Source of the DNA: an uncultured Gemmatimonadales bacterium
GTDB taxonomy: Bacteria > Gemmatimonadota > Gemmatimonadetes > Gemmatimonadales > Gemmatimonadaceae
Reading direction: 5' to 3'
Length of the DNA: 64,000 bases
Assembly (NCBI GenBank): GCA_963701965.1
Contig: OY969695.1
Span: 4,576,001-4,640,000, forward strand
The notes beneath the pieces were generated by a model. It was not told the DNA's origin, did no database searches, and saw nothing but the letters and a program-made list of their open reading frames with translations. The position numbers and the translations under genes are program-made. This document shows, piece after piece, positions 61,019 to 64,000 of this stretch (positions within the stretch are counted from its first letter, which is position 1; every line of letters starts with the position of its first letter).

Positions 61019-62011
61019 ATGGATCGGTACGATCTGGATATCGGAGTCACCCGTGGGGCCGCCGTCGAGTCCCGGCACCGCGTGCACGCGGCGGTCGTCG
61101 ACGCGGAGGACCGGTTGGTGGCGGGAGCCGGGGATCCACGCGCGGTGTCGTTCTGGCGTTCCTGCGCGAAGCCGTTCCAAGTGATGCCCCTGGTCGCCAG
61201 CGCCGGCCTCGAGGCGCTGCACTGGGGCGATGACGAGCTGGCGCTGGCCTGTGCCTCGCACGGGGGAGAGCCGGAGCACGTGCTCGTCGCCGAATCCATG
61301 CTGCGGGACGTGGGGCTGGAAGAGGGCGACCTGGCCTGCGGCGTCCACGAGCCGCTATCGGCGCGCGGCCTCCGGCTGGCCCGCGAAGGCGGCGCCCGGC
61401 TCCGTCGGGTGCACAACAACTGCTCGGGAAAGCACGCGGCGATGCTCGCCCGCGCCCGTCTCGCCGGATGGCCGACGGTCGGATACGAGCGCCACGAGCA
61501 TCCGGTGCAGCGCGCGGTCGTGGAAGTCGTCGCCACCTGGACGTCGTTGGCGCCGGCGTCGATTCCGTGGGCCGTCGACGGCTGCGGCGTGCCGGTGTTC
61601 GCCCTCGAGATCGAGCGCATGGCCCGGGCCTACGCCCGCCTCGCCGCGGCCAGCGCGCGGGGCGATGAAGTGCCGGCGCGGATCGTGAACGCGATGCGCG
61701 CCCGCCCGTTCCTGGTTGGCGGCACCGATCGCTTCGACTCGGTGCTGATCGAAGAGACGCAGGGACGCATCATCTCCAAGGTCGGCGCCGAAGGCGTGCA
61801 CAGCGCGGCCGTGCCGGATCTCGGGCTGGGGCTGGCGATCAAAGTCGAGGATGGCGCGCAGCGCGCCCAGTATCCGGCTCTGCTGCGCCTCCTCCAACTC
61901 GTGGGCGCCCTGCCCGAGGCGCTGCCCACCCGGCTCGCCGAGTATCTCCGCAAGCCGGTGCGCACGACGCGGAACGAGGTCGTCGGCGAGATTGCCCCGA
62001 TCGTGTCGTGA
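61019..62011 (+). CDS. Class 3 (Rhizobium AnsA-type) asparaginase
   Basis: RSCAKPFQ, CASHGGE, NCSGKH, VDGCG, SKVGAEG, KVEDG. Confidence 0.9.
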   Translation: MDRYDLDIGVTRGAAVESRHRVHAAVVDAEDRLVAGAGDPRAVSFWRSCAKPFQVMPLVASAGLEALHWGDDELALACASHGGEPEHVLVAESMLRDVGLEEGDLACGVHEPLSARGLRLAREGGARLRRVHNNCSGKHAAMLARARLAGWPTVGYERHEHPVQRAVVEVVATWTSLAPASIPWAVDGCGVPVFALEIERMARAYARLAAASARGDEVPARIVNAMRARPFLVGGTDRFDSVLIEETQGRIISKVGAEGVHSAAVPDLGLGLAIKVEDGAQRAQYPALLRLLQLVGALPEALPTRLAEYLRKPVRTTRNEVVGEIAPIVS

Positions 62012-62032
62012 TGACGTCCATCCGGCGGTGCC

Positions 62033-63043
62033 GTGTTTATTGATCGCGTCACCGTCACCGTCGAAGCGGGCACCGGTGGCTCGGGCGCCAGCTCCTTCCG
62101 CCGCGAGTTTCGCGTGCCGTTCGGCGGTCCCGATGGCGGCGATGGCGGCCGGGGCGGAGACATCTTCGTCCAGGGCGACGACAACCTGACGACGCTCCTG
62201 GACTACACGTACCGCGACCGGTGGGTCGCGGAGCGAGGCGAGCACGGCATGGGATCGAACAAGACGGGACGGTCGGGCGCCGACGTCGTGCTGCCGGTCC
62301 CGCGCGGCACGATCATCACCGACGCCAATACCGGCGAACGGCTGGGCGAGGTCTTGTCGCACGGCGAGCGCCTGCTCGTCGCGCGCGCCGGTCGCGGCGG
62401 CAAAGGCAATGCGTTCTTCGCCACCGCGACGCACCAGAGTCCCCGGGAATGGCAGCCGGGGGAGGAAGGGGAGCATCGCACCCTGGTGCTGGAGCTCAAG
62501 CTGATCGCCGACATCGGCCTCGTCGGACAGCCGAATGCGGGCAAGTCGACGCTGCTCTCCGTCATCTCCGCGGCGCGGCCCAAGATCGGCGACTACCCGT
62601 TCACCACCCTGTCGCCGAACCTGGGCGTCGTGCAGCTGTCGGACCACCGGACCTTCGTGGTCGCGGACATCCCCGGCATCATCGAGGGCGCGCACGAAGG
62701 GCGGGGGCTCGGCCTCCAATTCCTCCGTCACATCGAGCGCACGCGCCTCCTGGCGTTCCTGGTGCCGATCGATGCGCTCGACCCGCAGCTCGAGTACGAT
62801 CAGCTGCGGGCCGAGGTCGGGACCTACTCGGCCGAACTGGCGGCCCGCCCGCACTGCGTGGTGTTTACCAAGATGGATCTATGGGGCGACGATCCGGCGC
62901 CCCCGATCAACGCTCCCGGTGCCTTTGGCACTTTCGCCATCTCGGCCGCGGCCCGCCGCGGCCTGGACACGCTGCTCGCCGCCTGGTGGCGCGAGCTCCT
63001 CGCCCTCCGGCGCCTGCCCGCCGACGCTGCCGCTGGTTCGTAG
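62033..63043 (+). CDS. obgE: GTPase ObgE (short form)
   Basis: MFIDR, GGPDGGDGGRGG, GQPNAGKST, YPFTT, DIPG, TKMD. Confidence 0.97.
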   Translation: MFIDRVTVTVEAGTGGSGASSFRREFRVPFGGPDGGDGGRGGDIFVQGDDNLTTLLDYTYRDRWVAERGEHGMGSNKTGRSGADVVLPVPRGTIITDANTGERLGEVLSHGERLLVARAGRGGKGNAFFATATHQSPREWQPGEEGEHRTLVLELKLIADIGLVGQPNAGKSTLLSVISAARPKIGDYPFTTLSPNLGVVQLSDHRTFVVADIPGIIEGAHEGRGLGLQFLRHIERTRLLAFLVPIDALDPQLEYDQLRAEVGTYSAELAARPHCVVFTKMDLWGDDPAPPINAPGAFGTFAISAAARRGLDTLLAAWWRELLALRRLPADAAAGS

Positions 63044-63044
63044 C

Positions 63045-63887
63045 GTGGTGTGGCACCACGGCGTGCCGCCGTACCCCGCCGCGCTCAACGATCTCGAGGA
63101 TCCGCCCGACCGGCTGTACGCCGAGGGCCGCGCGTCGGTGCTCGACGCGCCGTTGGTCACCATCGTCGGAAGTCGACAGGCGAGCGAATATGGCGCCCGG
63201 GTCGCCCGCGCCTTCGGCGCCGCGTTCGCGCGCGCCGGCGCGTGTGTCGTGAGTGGCCTCGCCTACGGTGTCGATATCGCGTCCCACGCGGGCGCCCTCG
63301 ACGTGGGGGGACGCGTCTGCGCCGTGCTCGGCACCGGGGTCAATGTGGCCTATCCGACCCGTCACCGCGCAATGCAGCGGCGCATCGCCGAGCACGGCTT
63401 GCTCCTCTCCGAGTATGTCGCCCAGACGACGGCGAGACCCTGGCACTTTCCCCAGCGCAACCGCCTCATGGCCGCCCTCGGGCGCGCGACGATCGTCGTG
63501 GAAGCCGCCCCATCGAGCGGCGCCCTGCTCACCGCCCGGATTGCGATGGATCTCAAGCGCCGCGTGGGCGTCGTCCCCGGCCCGATCGACTCGCCGACCA
63601 GCGTGGGCTCGAATGCCCTGCTGCACGAGCCGGGCGTGGCGCTGATCACCGACACGCGTGACGCCCTGGGGCTCATGAACATCTCCGCGTCCAGCGGCGT
63701 GACCCCGACGCTGGGGAGCGCCGACGAGCACTGCGTCTGGGACGCGTTGGTGACGCCAGCCAGCGGAGTCGACGAGCTGGTCGCCCGCACCGCGCTGCCG
63801 ACGGCGCGCTGCGTCGCGGCCCTGGGGATGCTCGAGCTCACCGGCGCCATCTCGATCGGCTACGACGGCTCGATTCGCCGCGAGTAG
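63045..63887 (+). CDS. dprA: DNA processing protein DprA (lacks N-terminal SAM domain)
   Basis: IVGSR, VSGLAYGVD, FPQRNR, VEAA..SGAL.TA, VPGPI, C-terminal LELTG. Confidence 0.9.
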   Translation: MVWHHGVPPYPAALNDLEDPPDRLYAEGRASVLDAPLVTIVGSRQASEYGARVARAFGAAFARAGACVVSGLAYGVDIASHAGALDVGGRVCAVLGTGVNVAYPTRHRAMQRRIAEHGLLLSEYVAQTTARPWHFPQRNRLMAALGRATIVVEAAPSSGALLTARIAMDLKRRVGVVPGPIDSPTSVGSNALLHEPGVALITDTRDALGLMNISASSGVTPTLGSADEHCVWDALVTPASGVDELVARTALPTARCVAALGMLELTGAISIGYDGSIRRE

Positions 63888-63902
63888 GCGATATTTCGAG
63901 AC

Positions 63903-64000
63903 GTGTCCCCCCGGCCTCGTCACGTCTACGTCCACGTCCCATTCTGCGCCCGGCGCTGCTCGTACTGCGATTTCGCGATCGCCGTCCGCGCGGCAGCGCC
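63903..64000 (+). CDS. hemW: Radical SAM heme chaperone HemW (3'-truncated)
   Basis: [18 protein letters not shown]. Confidence 0.85.
   Translation, partial: MSPRPRHVYVHVPFCARRCSYCDFAIAVRAAA

Overview
High-GC bacterial chromosome segment, probably Gemmatimonadota (inferred from gene order and protein style, not proven). It is mostly housekeeping: hutU-radical SAM-hutI; two large TPR/acidic-linker proteins flanking a polyprenyl synthase, a small membrane protein and a ppiD-like gene; aroQ-aminopeptidase P-accB-pilT/U-accC-comB-ftsK; recA-recX-alaS; cca, rarA, hflX; and at the right end hldA, mlaEFD, a class-3 asparaginase, obgE, dprA and hemW. There are two accessory zones. The first (19.4-22.85 kb) is a decay zone with a broken FAD monooxygenase, an apparently collapsed secreted toxin/immunity cassette with a JAB-like tip, and a frameshifted yraN. 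The second (34.6-57.2 kb) is a Wzx/Wzy-type surface polysaccharide locus ending at tRNA-Val(CAC) and tRNA-Ile2(CAT), with an unusual gene-by-gene strand alternation and an embedded GH5. Most notable: a GTTC-N7-GTTC LexA-type box on the recA -10 element; a candidate SgmX-like type IV pilus polarity module interleaved with accBC; a radical SAM enzyme coupled inside the hut operon; and two apparent non-canonical start codons. No integrase, IS, rRNA or CRISPR array was seen. All calls come from motif recognition by eye; no database searches were run.
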